DNA of 63,438 bases, filler included, from Octopus bimaculoides (Eukaryota): the NCBI RefSeq assembly GCF_001194135.2. It is 5 parts of 5 records of this genome, joined end to end, with 100 filler letters (N's around TTAATTAATTAA, not from the genome) between each part and the next. Parts side by side here need not be neighbours in the genome. Positions count along the whole stretch, not along the records: positions 1 to 27,181 come from NC_068983.1; 4 more parts are not named here. One strand, 5' to 3'. Positions within the stretch are counted from its first letter, which is position 1. Each line of letters opens with the position of its first letter. Of the stretch, positions 1 to 12,775 are shown piece by piece. Both the position numbers and the translations under genes were made by a program. The notes below the pieces were generated by a model that had not been told where the DNA came from, made no database searches, and was given only the letters and a program-made list of their open reading frames with translations.

Positions 1-632
1 ATATATATATATACGCACCCTTTACTCTTTTACTTGTTTCAGTCATTTGACTGCGGCCATGCTGGAGCACCGCCTTTATAGTCGAGCAAATCGACCCCAG
101 AGCTTATTCTTTGTAAGCCTAGTACTTATTCTATCGGTCTCTTTTGCCGAACCGCTAAGTTACAGGGACGTAAACACAGCAGCATCGGTTGTCAAGCGAT
201 GCTGGGTGGGTGGGGGGACAAATAGACACACAAACATACACACACACACACACACACATATATATACATACATATACAACAGACTTCTTCCAGTTTCCAT
301 CTACCAAATCCACTCACATGGCTTTGGTTGGCCTGGGGCTATAGTAAAAGATATTTGCTCAAAGTGTCACACAGTGGGGACCGAACTTGATACCACAGAG
401 CAGGGTTTTCCAACCAGGGTTACTTGTGCCCCTTGGGGATGTGAGACAGCATTCCAGGGGGCACGAGTAGGGCTGGATTTATAGGGGGTTCAAAGAGAGC
501 AGTTGTCCCAGGCACCTTTATTCTTATATAATTACTTTAAGAGGTGTGAGAACATTAAGTTTTTAGGGATGCAGGACAGAAAGGTTGGGAACCACTGCCA
601 TAGAGGCTCAAGTTTCTTAACCGCAAATCCAA
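1..632 (-). mobile_element. SINE family A (tRNA-like head, CORE-like segment, internal microsatellite, GTAAAAGA tail), interrupted by a hAT MITE
   Basis: Matches many copies in the window (gactgcggccatgctggagcacc...gaccccag; ccactcacaaggctttgg...cacagtgggactgaac). Confidence 0.85.
401..597. mobile_element. hAT-type MITE inserted into a SINE
   Basis: Imperfect 15-bp TIRs cagggttttccaacc / ggttgggaaccactg. 8-bp TSD ccacagag (393-400) / ccatagag (598-605). Confidence 0.75.
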
Positions 633-660
633 CCATGCCTGCAGTGTATGTTGTGTGTTT

Positions 661-978
661 GGAGCACTCCACTGGTTATGATGAGGGTCCCTGCTGATAT
701 GATCAACAGAACAGCTTGCTCACGAAATTAACGTGCAAATGGCTGAGCACTCCACAAACACGTGTACTCAATGTAATTCTGAGAAAGATTCAGTATCACA
801 CAGAATATGACAAGGCTGGCCCCTTTGAAATCCAGGTATTACTCATTTTTGCCAGCTGAGTGGACTGGGGCAACATGAAATAAAGTGTCTTGCTCAAGGA
901 CACAACACATTACTGGGAATTGAACTCATGACCTTACGATCATGAGCTGAATGCCCTAACTACTAAGCCATGTGCCTT
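661..978 (-). mobile_element. SINE family E/D (tRNA head, ccttgagcaagacactt body, 'ggagtgctcagcc...ttcacgagcaggctg' tail)
   Basis: Box A/B-like head on the minus strand. Homologous to 9552-9850, 47148-47440 and the tail of 38622-39005. Confidence 0.75.
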
Positions 979-980
979 CA

Positions 981-1148
981 CACGTGTTGGCTGTGTGGTA
1001 AGTAGCTTGCTTACCAACCACATGATTCCGGGTTCATTCCCACTGCGTGGTACCTTGGGAAAGTGTCTTCTACTATAGCCTCGGGCTGACCAAAGCCTTG
1101 TGAGTGGATCTGGTAGACGAAAACTGAAAGAAGCCCGTTGTATATATG

Positions 1149-1179
<31 letters not shown>

Positions 1180-1380
1180 CTGTGTCCCCCCCCCCAACAT
1201 CGCTTGACAACCGATGTTGGTGTGTTTACGTCCCCGTAACTTAGTGGTTCAGCAAAAGAGACCGATAGAAAAAGTACTAGGCATCCAAAGAATAAGTCCT
1301 GGGGTCGATTTGCTTGACTAAAGGCGGTGCTCCAGGATGGCCACAATCAAATGACTGAAACAAGTAAAAGAGTAAAAGAA
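981..1380 (+). mobile_element. SINE family A, full length
   Basis: tggctgtgtggtaag (box A-like), gggttcattccc (box B-like), accttgggaaagtgtctt, internal (TA)n, tail ending gtaaaagagtaaaaga. Confidence 0.9.
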
Positions 1381-1997
1381 TATACAAAAATAGATAGATA
1401 GATAAATGAATGGATACACACACCATCATAATTTTACATCTACTTTCCACGCTGCCATGGGTAGGACCGGAGCCAGCACATATTTGAGGCTATCACTCAA
1501 TTGGGTTAGGGATACACATTTCACTTGTTTTTCAATCTGGGTAATAAATATACACACATGTACACTTTTGCATATACACATACACATGTCGCTACACAAC
1601 ATATTTTACTGCAGAGTATGTTGAAATTATAATATATACAGTCAAAGCAAATATTTATGGAATAAGGAAATAAAAAGGATTTGATGAAAGAAATTATAAG
1701 TGTTAATTTAATTCTTAGTTAACATTGCTAACAATTATTTAATTAAATAAACAAACAAGAATAAATAAATAAGATACATTTCCTGCTCCCAAATTTTTTC
1801 CCCATCTTAAAAAAAAAATCAAGACACATCATTAACATTGAGTATGTAAATTACAACCAAGCGTTAGTTTATAGAGAAAGAGAGGGTGGGAGTAGGTGAT
1901 GTTTATTCCTTTCATTGCTATATTTCTGTTGGAATACATTGCCTTTGCTTCAATTAATTTTGAATAATGAAGAATTTAGCAAAATAAATTTTGACAC

Positions 1998-2412
1998 GCA
2001 GGTATGGCTGTGTGGTAAGAAGCTTGCTTCCCAACCACATGGTTCCGGGTTCAGTCCCACTGTGTGACACCATGGGCAAGTGTCTTCTACTATAGCCTCA
2101 GGATAACCAAAGCCTTGTGAGTGAATTTGGCAGACAGAAACTGAAAGAAGCCCATTGTGTACACACACACACACACACATATATATAACGCACATACATA
2201 CATACGTATGTGTATGTTTATCTGCCTATCACTGCTTGACAACCAGTGTTGGTGTGTTTACATCCCCTTGAGATAGCAGTTCGACAAAAGAGACCAATAG
2301 AATAAGTACCAGGCTTATAAAGAATAAGTCTTGGGTTTGATTTGTTTGACCAAAAACCCTTCAAGGCAGTGCTCCAGCATGGCCACAGTCAAATGATAAA
2401 CAAGTAAAAGAA
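1998..2412 (+). mobile_element. SINE family A, full length
   Basis: Same architecture as 981-1380. Confidence 0.9.
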
Positions 2413-2861
2413 TAATTAACTCAGTGTTTGAAACAAATATGGAATTTTGTTGGGTTTTAATTTAGATCACCTTATATATATATGTATATATATATATATA
2501 TATATNNNNNNNNNNNNNNNNNNNNNNNNNNNNNNNNNNNNNNNNNNNNNNNNNNNNNNNNNNNNNNNNNNNNNNNNNNGGTTTGATTTGTTTGACCAAA
2601 AACCCTTCAAGGCAGGGCTCCAGCATGGCCACAGTCAAATGATAAACAAGTAAAAGAATAATTAACTCAGTGTTTGAAACAAATATGGAATTTTGTTGGG
2701 TCGTTGATGACCTCTTTCTAGCATATAGTATGTCCACTTAATGGTCATCCCTTCTCATACACATGTAATATAATTTTTCTGAATTTTCAGATTTTTATAT
2801 GCTAAGCCACTTGGTTTGAAATTGAATTAATATTCAATTTATCACACTATATATACATAGG

Positions 2862-2898
<37 letters not shown>

Positions 2899-3703
2899 AC
2901 ACACACACAGCATTGAGACATTAAAAAAATAGAAGGCAGGTGCAAAAATGTTGAGCTGCTGCTTCAGCATAGTTGGGGCCATTATTATACACCATTCTTG
3001 TACACCCCGCTACACCCTGGCAGCACAGATGTATACACTCACACAAAGACATGCCACAAAAGGTAAGAAGACCAATTCCTAAATTGGAAAAATCGGTAGC
3101 ACTCCCTTTCTTCTAGTTTGAGTCGAATGTATTTTTACAATTTTTTTTACACGCCCCCTCCCTCCTCAGCCTCTGTTTGCTGTGCTAGATTATCTGATGA
3201 AAAGCTATCCTCCTCCTTGATAATATCAAGGAGGCACTATAAACAAAAGATCCTATCTCAACGTACAAGCTTTTGTTTATTTTGTAACTAAATAAATATC
3301 ATTACCTCAAAAAAATAAGTTGAATCAATTTTTAAAAGCTGGTTTCAGTGTGGAACTAATGTAACAATGAAAATAATGGCAAAATACAAAAAAAAAATAA
3401 ATAAATAAAATGAAACAAAAACAAACGAGGAATCTGAGTGTGTCTGCTGCTCCTTGAAATTGTGAGGAGTGTGACAATGGGATAGAAAGAATTTTCTGGA
3501 ATTAACACTTTTGCTGCCATATTTCTGGTAAAATACACTGCCTTTGTTTCAAAGGCACTGGCATGGCTGAGTAGTTAATAAGCTTGCTTCCCAACCATGA
3601 GGTTTTAGGTTCAGTCTAACAGCAGGGCACCTTGGGCCATAAGTACCAAGATGCCCAAAACCTCGTGAGTGGATTTAGTAGATGTAAACAGAGAGAAACC
3701 TGC

Positions 3704-4105
3704 CATCATCGTCATTTAACGTCTGCCTTCCATGCTGGCATGGGTGGGACGGTTTCACAAGAGCTAGCCAGGCAGAAACCTGCACTAGACTTCAGTGATT
3801 GTTTTGGCAGGATTTTGCAGCTGAATGCCATTTCTAACACCAACCACTCAACAGAATGGACTTAGTGCTTTTTACATGGCACAAGCAAAGTTTACATGGC
3901 AAGGTTTATACTGCTGGATACCCTTCTGAACACCAACCACTTTACAGTGTGGACTGGGTGCTGTTAAGTGGCACCTGCACTGACAGGGTCACCAAGTACT
4001 TGCAAGACAAAAAAAAAAAAAACCCCACCCCACTCACTAATTCTCCTTCTTCTCAGACAAGATTTTTGTCTTGCAAAGTTACTTGGTGACCCAAGTGCTG
4101 GTGCA
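3704..4105 (-). mobile_element. RTE LINE 3' UTR remnant (old)
   Basis: catcatc...tttaacgtctgccttccatgctggcatgg and ctggatgcc-type motifs match the RTE 3' ends at 37871-38113. Confidence 0.65.
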
Positions 4106-4964
4106 TGGTCAGCATGCAGCTATGAGAGAAGACACTTGCACTAGATGCCACACAGTGGGACTGAACCTGAAACCAAGTGTTTGGGAAGCAAGCTCCTTAC
4201 CACACAGCCATGCTTGTGCTTATTTATGAAAGCATACACACACACACACACACATATATATATTTTAATATATACATATTTACTTTTACTTGTTTTAGTC
4301 ATTTGACTGTGGCCATACTGGAGTACTGCCTTTAGTCAAATGAATCGACCTCAGGACTTATTATTTGTAAGCCTAGTACTTATTCTATCGGTCTCTGTTG
4401 CTGAACTTCTAAGTTACAGGGGACGTAAATACACCAGCATCGGTTGTCAAGCAATGGTGGAGGGACAAANNNNNNNNNNNNNNNNNNNNNNNNNNNNNNN
4501 NNNNNNNNNNNNNNNNNNNNNNNNNNNNNNNNNNNNNNNNNNNNNNNNNNNNNNNNNNNNNNNNNNNNNNNNNNNNNNNNNNNNNNNNNNNNNNNNNNNN
4601 NNNNNNNNNNNNNNNNNNNNNNNNNNNNNNNNNNNNNNNNNNNNNNNNNNNNNNNNNNNNNNNNNNNNNNNNNNNNNNNNNNNNNNNNNNNNNNNNNNNN
4701 NNNNNNNNNNNNNNNNNNNNNNNNNNNNNNNNNNNNNNNNNNNNNNNNNNNNNNNNNNNNNNNNNNNNNNNNNNNNNNNNNNNNNNNNNNNNNNNNNNNN
4801 NNNNNNNNNNNNNNNNNNNNNNNNNNNNNNNNNNNNNNNNNNNNNNNNNNNNNNNNNNNNNNNNNNNNNNNNNNNNNNNNNNNNNNNNNNNNNNNNNNNN
4901 NNNNNNNNNNNNNNNNNNNNNNNNNNNNNNNNNNNNNNNNNNNNNNNNNNNNNNNNNNNATATA

Positions 4965-5180
4965 GCTTTCAAATTTTGGCACAAGGCCAGCAATTTCGGG
5001 GGAGGGGTTAAGTCGATTACATCACCCCCAGTGTTTAACTGGTACTTATTTCATAGACTACAAAAGGATGAAAGGTAAAGTTGACTTCAGCAGAATCTGA
5101 ATTCAGAACATGAAGACGGACAAAGTGCCACTAAGCATCTTGTCTGGTGTAGTAGTAGTAGTTCTGCCAGATCAGTGCCC
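4965..5180 (-). mobile_element. SINE family B (tRNA head, Deu/Nin-like central domain)
   Basis: Minus strand reads ...ctttcatccttt...aaataagtaccag..., homologous to 62998-63195 and 52745-52920. Confidence 0.75.
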
Positions 5181-5671
5181 TAGCATGCAGATAAATATTA
5201 TCCTTATCTTAACATTTATTTCCAGCATGCTTTGACATTTAGTAAAGGACTCTGATAGTCCTAACAGGGATTCATTAATACTAATGAGTCTCTTTCATAG
5301 AATGAACGAGGTGTGTGGTTATTCTATTCATTAAATATGGAAAATGATGTTACTCAGTAGAGTAGAAGTTCTCACACTATGTAACCATATCAATGGTTTA
5401 TGTTGATAACCTTGCACTAGTTTTTATTTTTTTTATTTTTTTTATTTTTTTATTTATGAATATATAGGTCAGAGATATAGCTACAATGACTAATACATGA
5501 CTTTAGCCAGTATGGTAACTATGGAGAGATTGTATCATCACTATCTGATATTCATCCAGCCATGTTAAGATGCAGGGATAGGGAGGGTTGGTGAGTGGGG
5601 CGGTGAATGTCAACCAAACAAGAAGACAATGAACATAAGCCTTAGAGCTTCATGAAAACAAAGAATATTGG

Positions 5672-5940
5672 CATAGGGGTGGCTGTGTGGTAAGAAGCTT
5701 CCTTACCAACCACATGGTTCGGGGTTCAGTCTGAATGGGTGGCACCTTGGGCAAGTGTCTTCTCATAGCCCCATGCTGACCAAACCCTTGTGTCAGGATT
5801 TGGTAGATAGAAACTGGATGAAGCCCATGTGTGTGTCACTCCACCACCATTTGACAACTGGTGGTTACATCACCGTAACTTAGCAGTTCAGTAAAAGAGA
5901 CCAATAGAATAAGTACCTGGCATAAAAAAAAAGTACCGGG
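5672..5940 (+). mobile_element. SINE family A (degenerate)
   Basis: ggggtggctgtgtggtaagaagctt...gcaccttgggcaagtgtctt...gagaccaatagaataagtacc. Confidence 0.8.
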
Positions 5941-6377
5941 GTCAAATATAAAAGATAACATAACACTAAATAATAATCATTTACTGGCCTTTTTCTTTCT
6001 TTTTTTTTTGTGCTGGTGTGGGTTGGCAGGATTGGACGACCTGGAGGACTGTGTTGAACACAAATGTTAGCTTTGGCATGGTTTGTACAGCTGGTTTTCC
6101 TTCCTAACATCAACCACTTTACAAAATGTACTCAGTGTTTTTCTTCTTTCCATCGTCGTAGCTCTAATGAGATCACCAAGTCGCTCACAAGACAAGATTC
6201 CTTGACAAATTGGTGGCAAGCAGTAATGAGAGGGTTGGACTTATGTGTTGCATCTTAGCTCATTGAAGTAGATAGTTGCAAGGGTAGAATGTTGAGTTAA
6301 TAGACTTTAGATTCAAGAGATTTGAGACTTTATCCCGAGAATTAGATGAAACAAACAAACAGGCAAATGATATATTA

Positions 6378-6605
6378 GTTTCAAATTTTGGAATAAGGCC
6401 AGCAATGTCGTCTGCATGTGTGTGTGCGTGGGGGTGTGTGGATCAATTACAACCACCCTTGCTCAGCTGGTACTTATTTCATTGACCCCAAATGGAGGAA
6501 GGGCAAAGTCAACCTTAGCAGGACTTAAACTCAGGACATAAAGATGGACGAAATGTCGATAAGCATTTTGCCCAGTGTGCTAATAATTCTGCCAGCTTGC
6601 TGCTT
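6378..6605 (-). mobile_element. SINE family B
   Basis: tttcaaattttgg...ctggtacttatt...gcaaagtcaacc...ttctgccagcttgc. Confidence 0.7.
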
Positions 6606-7271
6606 GGCAAAGAAATATTAACAGTGTAGTAGTAGTAGTGGTAGTAGTGGTGGTAGCAGCAGCGGTAGTATTGTGGTGGTGATAGTAGTAGTGGTTGTAG
6701 TAATAGTAGTTCTGTGTCACTAGACTGCCAAATGATGCACCACCAACAGCAATAAGAATCTACCCACCCACCCCATACAGACTATCTCTGTTATAACAAA
6801 ATGCATTATGTGACTAACATGAGTAGGAGATGATTTTACAAATTGTAAATGTTTTGAATGAATAGTCAGAGGAGAGATGTTAACAAGTGAACAACGCTCT
6901 TCTTATAGTTAACCATTTAACTGTGAAACAACATTGGTAGTCTGGTTTACAGTTAGATTGAAATGGTATACAGACATGGACTGAACAAACATGAAAGGAA
7001 GACTGAGTAAATAAATACAGGCATATCTCTCTATCCACACACACACACACATTATATATATATATATATATATAACTGTGTAATAATATTTAATCTCTGA
7101 TTTGAAGCAACAATTTTTAAATACAAATGACCAGAAGATGATGAGGTAACTGCAAGCAGAATCGAACCCACATATCAATACTAACATGGCTCCTTGTGCA
7201 TCTAATTGGCCAAATGCTCACCTATCAATTTCAGTCAAATTTAATATATACTTAAACTGTCTAATACTACA

Positions 7272-7436
7272 TATAATATCTATAAACAAACCCGAAAGGC
7301 TTTGCAAGTTATGGAGAGAAAGCTACTATGGAAGACACATAGTATAATAGCTAATGATTATTATTATACGAGTCTTCCATAGTAGCGTTCTCTCCGTAAC
7401 TTGCAAAGCCTTTCGGGTTTGTTTACAAATGTTATA
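7272..7436. repeat. Long imperfect inverted repeat / foldback
   Basis: Core arms 7283-7336 and 7372-7425 (taaacaaacccgaaaggctttgcaagtta...ctactatggaagac / reverse complement) with 2 mismatches; weaker pairing extends outward and into the loop. Confidence 0.9.
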
Positions 7437-8269
7437 TAAGAGATAGATACACAACAATATGGCATTCCTTTACGTCAAATTATACTAAAATCAATTTATC
7501 AAACCAAAGAACAAATACTTTTTAGTAGAGTCCATATTTAATATGTTTTTACAAGAAGACAGTGACTTTGAAGTCTCAGTTGATCATCATCATCATCATC
7601 GCATTCATATTTGCTTTTCTATACTTGCATGAGTCAGACAGAATTTGTTGAGGCACATTTTTAGTGAGGAGATGCCCTTTCCTGTCTTGGACCATCAACT
7701 GTCTCGAAGGAAAGTAATATTTATTCATGGCTAATCAGGTTTTCACAGAATATTCTAAATGAATGGACACTGCTTATATGACAGTAACACTTATTTACAA
7801 TTATCATACTGTGTCAAGACAAGAAGACACACAGAAACACACACAAACACATATATGTGTGTATATATCACACCATTATTGTTTAATATCCATCTTCCAC
7901 CATGCATGGGTTGGATGGTTTCACAGGATCCAATGAGCTAGAGGATTACACTGACCTCCAAGGTCTGTTTTGGCATGGTTTCTATGACTGGATGCTCTTC
8001 CTAATGCCAACCAATTTACAGTGTGTACATGCATGCTGTTGTCTCCTCATCTTTACATCAAATGAGAGATGTAAACGAGCATTGTCACAATATCTGCAGT
8101 ATCCATTTGTTAACCTTCCATAAAAACATATCTGGTCAAAGGGAAATATTACCTTACTTGCAAAGCATGAGGGTTGGCAAGAGGAAGGGTATCCAACTAG
8201 AGGAAACCGGCCTCAATGAATTTCATCTAACCCATGCAAGCACAGAAAAGCAGGCATTAAAACAATAGC

Positions 8270-8600
8270 CATGCGGGGCACTACCTTGAAGGATTTTAGT
8301 CAAATGAATTAATGCCAGTATTTATTTTTCATTAAGCCTGATACTTATCCTATCTCTTTTGCCAAACTAAGTTACATATACATAAACACATCTACACCAG
8401 TTGTCAAGCAGAGGTGGGGGAGAAACACACACACACACAATGGGCTTCTTTCAGTTTCTGTCTGCCAAATCCACTCGCAAGGCTTTGGTCAGCCTGAGGC
8501 TATAGAAGACACTTGCTCAAGGTACCACTCAATGGGACTGAAACCAGAACTATGTGGTTGGGAAGCAAGCTTCCTACCACACAGCCACAGCTGTGTCTAT
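8270..8600 (-). mobile_element. SINE family A
   Basis: gggcttctttcagtttctg...aaggctttggtc...ggaagcaagcttcctaccacacagcc. Confidence 0.8.
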
Positions 8601-9083
8601 GATGATAAGTCACAAAAGAAATTGAGTGTGATCTCAATAACATTTTGAGAATGAATTTCAGACTTTAGAAAAAATAAACAAAGAGAAAGACACTTTATTT
8701 ATTAGATACTGGCAATTTAATAAATAAAAATCTCGGCAATGTAAAGAAATATAAGCTTGCGTAGAATGAAAGAGAGAGAGAGAGAGGAGTGGTGAGTTAG
8801 AAAGTCTATAAAATACTAAATCAACAGCCATAACAGTGATAAAGATTATTTCCTTGTCATATCAAATAAAGTTATAGCTCAAGGTAAGTGTTAAAACAGT
8901 AATGTACACATATTTTGGAAAAAGGAGAGAAGCAGGAGTAAATAAAAAGCACGGACACGTTTTTTTATGTTGAACCTGTACCTCTTTGTTTTCATTTGAG
9001 TCTATTAATATTTATGGTGTGTGATATTTACTAATTTCCAGTCTCTTATAACCAAATAAACTTAAGACATTAACATAATTTAA

Positions 9084-9301
9084 CCCTGTAGCATTCAGAT
9101 TTTTTTTTTTCAAGTGTAATGCTTATTTAAACACATTGTTTTGAATTAATCCTGTATTATCTCATAGTTTTGATATTTCGACGATGTAATTGTTATTAGA
9201 ATGACATTGTAGGGAAGGTGTGAGTTACCAGATCAGGCCAGTCTGAACATAAAACAGGCCAAATATTTGAGCCAGATATGGCCAGTTTAAATGCGAAAGG
9301 G
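9084..9301. mobile_element. piggyBac-like TTAA MITE
   Basis: ttaa|ccctgtagcatt ... aatgcgaaaggg|ttaa. A related right end lies at ~33505-33521 (gatgctaaagggttaa). Confidence 0.7.
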
Positions 9302-9445
9302 TTAAATAAAAAGGAGTTACGTAACTCAAAGTGACCAGTGGCATGCATTTGAACAACAGACAAATACAGGTGTATCAAATGTCATACAATACAAATGGCA
9401 ATTAAAACCAGTTCCACCTGGATAAATCTTGATTATGGAAATTAC

Positions 9446-9481
9446 CTTTTATCGATTGTCATTTGATAGTTAAGATACATC
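9446..9481 (-). CDS. Weak candidate small exon
   Basis: Acceptor tttatctcttcatctggag|, donor AAAG|gtaatt, 36 bp. Only one frame is open (MYLNYQMTIDK, phase 2->2). Confidence 0.2.
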
Positions 9482-9551
9482 CTCCAGATGAAGAGATAAA
9501 ATAAATCAAGAATTTATTGTATGGTATTTGATACACCTGTATTTGACTATG

Positions 9552-9850
9552 GTGCATGGTTTAGTGGTTAGGGTATTCAGCTTGGTCTTTAGGTTCTGAG
9601 TGATTCCTGGCAGTGTCTTGTGTTCTTCAGCAAGACACTTTATTCCACGTTGCTCCAGTCCACTCAGCTGGCAAAAATGAGTTGTACCTGTATTCCAAAG
9701 GGCCAGCCTTGTCACATTCATGCTGAATTTGCGAGGAATACAAAAAGGCAATGTGTACCTGTGGAGTGCTCAGCCTATAATTGCATGAGCAGGCTGGTGT
9801 GTTGATTGGATAAACTGGAATCCTCATCATCGTAACCAATGGTGTACCAA
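9552..9850 (+). mobile_element. SINE family E/D
   Basis: gcatggtttagtggttaggg...ttcagcaagacacttt...ggagtgctcagcc...catcgtaacc. Confidence 0.75.
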
Positions 9851-11040
9851 TTAAAAAAATTTTTTTTTGCCTTATTTGTTTAAGATATTAAGTTGTGGTT
9901 CCATTCTAGTAACCTATAAACCTGACAACAGGTTGCAAAATTCAAACATCAGGTTGTTCTCGATATGTGTGTGTGTNNNNNNNNNNNNNNNNNNNNNNNN
10001 NNNNNNNNNNNNNNNNNNNNNNNNNNNNNNNNNNNNNNNNNNNNNNNNNNNNNNNNNNNNNNNNNNNNNNNNNNNNNNNNNNNNNNNNNNNNNNNNNNNN
10101 NNNNNNNNNNNNNNNNNNNNNNNNNNNNNNNNNNNNNNNNNNNNNNNNNNNNNNNNNNNNNNNNNNNNNNNNNNNNNNNNNNNNNNNNNNNNNNNNNNNN
10201 NNNNNNNNNNNNNNNNNNNNNNNNNNNNNNNNNNNNNNNNNNNNNNNNNNNNNNNNNNNNNNNNNNNNNNNNNNNNNNNNNNNNNNNNNNNNNNNNNNNN
10301 NNNNNNNNNNNNNNNNNNNNNNNNNNNNNNNNNNNNNNNNNNNNNNNNNNNNNNNNNNNNNNNNNNNNNNNNNNNNNNNNNNNNNNNNNNNNNNNNNNNN
10401 NNNNNNNNNNNNNNNNNNNNNNNNNNNNNNNNNNNNNNNNNNNNNNNNNNNNNNNNNNNNNNNNNNNNNNNNNNNNNNNNNNNNNNNNNNNNNNNNNNNN
10501 NNNNNNNNNNNNNNNNNNNNNNNNNNNNNNNNNNNNNNNNNNNNNNNNNNNNNCTCATTAACTTATTTCATCAAATCTTATTGCAGTTTTTAAATAGAAG
10601 CTATTTTTTGTAAGGGTGGAGATATCCCCCACCACCATGATGCCTTTTTCATTTGCTATTTTCTCTTTTTTTGTTTTCTTTTACTCCCTTTGGGAATTTT
10701 TTAATTCACCCCAAGTTTAGAGTAGAAATCACAGCAACACCAGTTCCCATTTCATAGGGTGGAGTAATAAGTCACCATTTAGCAAAAGGAATTTATTAAT
10801 CTAAATTTGTAAAAAAAAAATTTAAAAAAGCAAGAATTTGTCATTACAGTAAACAGCAGCGAGGTAGCAAAATTCCCTAACCAATAATCAACAGATTCTT
10901 AAAAGTAGGCTTTCCATAAGTAATTCATTCTATGTAGACAGGAATAAATGGTATGAGAGGAGGGGTTTTGAGCATATTAAAATTATCTTATCAAATTGAC
11001 ATATTTTTTTCCTTGTAAATGGAGCAGATGGAGAACATAC

Positions 11041-11105
11041 ATGACCGTTTTTTTGAAATTCTTGTAGTGCTTTGAAGTAAAAGTCACAATATAAGGAAAC
11101 CATTT
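11041..11105 (-). CDS. Candidate coding exon, unknown protein
   Basis: Strong acceptor ttttgtatttttattttag|, donor CAT|gtatgt, 65 bp. Open as MVSLYCDFYFKALQEFQKNGH or KWFPYIVTFTSKHYKNFKKTV. Confidence 0.35.
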
Positions 11106-11280
11106 CTAAAATAAAAATACAAAATGTGTAAGTATCTGTGTGTGAGAGAGAGAGAAAGAGAGAGAATATAAAGTAGGTTTCTGTGTGTATTGTTTTTTTA
11201 AACTTGTACAGGTATGTACTGTTAGAGGAAGTTAGATGATAGAAGTACAAGAGGACCTTTCTCTGATAATGTGTTTATAT

Positions 11281-11585
11281 GAGCGTGGCCGTTGCCAGTA
11301 CCGCCTGACTGGCTCCCGTAGGATTTTCGAGCGAGATCGTTGCCAGTGCCCCTGGACTGGCTTGTGCGGGTGGCACATAAAAGACACCATTTCGAGCGTG
11401 GCCGTTTTCGTGCGGGTGACACGTCAAAGCACCCACTACACTCTGAGTGGTTGGCGTTAGGAAGGGCATCCAGCTGTAGAAACTCTGCCAAATTAGATTG
11501 GAGCCTGGTGTTGCCATCCGGTTTCACCAGTCCTCAGTCAAATCGTTCAACCCATGCTAGCATGGAAAGCGGACGTTAAACGATG
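11281..11585 (+). mobile_element. Young RTE LINE 3' end
   Basis: Near-identical to 37871-38113 and 30086-30298. Ends ccatgctagcatggaaagcggacgttaaacgatg, running into a gap. Confidence 0.85.
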
Positions 11586-12039
11586 NNNNNNNNNNNNNNN
11601 NNNNNNNNNNNNNNNNNNNNNNNNNNNNNNNNNNNNNNNNNNNNNNNNNNNNNNNNNNNNNNNNNNNNNNNNNNNNNNNNNNNNNNNNNNNNNNNNNNNN
11701 NNNNNNNNNNNNNNNNNNNNNNNNNNNNNNNNNNNNNNNNNNNNNNNNNNNNNNNNNNNNNNNNNNNNNNNNNNNNNNNNNNNNNNNNNNNNNNNNNNNN
11801 NNNNNNNNNNNNNNNNNNNNNNNNNNNNNNNNNNNNNNNNNNNNNNNNNNNNGAGAAGAAGAAAAGATCAGAAAATACAGAGGGAATGTTGGAAAGAGAG
11901 CAATACAAAATGAGAGGTGGGAGAGAGAGAGAGAGAGATTTAAGTAAGCTTATTTCAAATAAAACAATGTATTGTGGTAAACAGCTGTGTTTGCAGAACT
12001 AGTACAAACAACTAATTATATATGTACATATATTATGTC

Positions 12040-12075
<36 letters not shown>

Positions 12076-12775
12076 GCTGATACGTTGGCTGGTTTCTCCA
12101 AACACACTTTACATATAGAGGAGGAGAAAGTAAATGAGAGAAAGAATAAATGAGAGAGAGAGAGAGAGAGAGAAAGAGAGTTATAAGATGGGCACAATGA
12201 GTGCACATACTAGGCTTGGTGGCAGGCAATGAGTGAAGGTCAGTCACACACAGAGCGAGAGAAAATCTTAGGAGATGGAGTAGTTATGGCAGGAATTATA
12301 CAAACGAGAAATTTGTTTTCATTTAATTTTATTTTAAGTTAAATATTTTTCCTTTGAAAAATAGAATTCATTGTCACCATCATTGAACGTCTGCTTTCCA
12401 TACTGGCACATGCTGGACAGTTCGACAGGAGCTAGCAAAGCCAGGAGCCACACTGGGTTCAATAGTCTGTTTTGACATGGTTTCTATAGATGGGTTCCCT
12501 TCCTAAGGACCATCCACTTTGCACAGTGTATTGAGTGCTCTTTACGTAGCACTAGTGCTTTTTATGTCACACGAGCCCTCTTTACATGGCACCAACAGCA
12601 ACAAGGTCACCAAGTATCCATTTCGTCATTTTGTATAATTAACAAGAAATTTAAATTATAATTAATGTCCTATTTCCTGATATTACCCATGGCGACAAGT
12701 GTATATTCATCCAAACTTGCTCACCATACGATGCATTACATTCAAGTGTGTACAACATAAAAAATGCAGACTAAC

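Noticed and set aside
47-484. SINE-derived ORFs (e.g. 47-484, 1011-1346, 31331-31621)
   Set aside because: These are recurrent translations of the same non-coding SINE family A.
3194-3234. CTGATGA followed by a 23-bp interrupted palindrome (cctccttgata-a-tatcaaggagg)
   Set aside because: No downstream GAAA, stem III or stem I, so it is not a hammerhead. The short palindrome alone is not informative.
11281-11430. CRISPR-like repeat/spacer pattern
   Set aside because: Only 2-3 degenerate units inside a LINE 3' UTR in eukaryotic DNA, with no cas genes.
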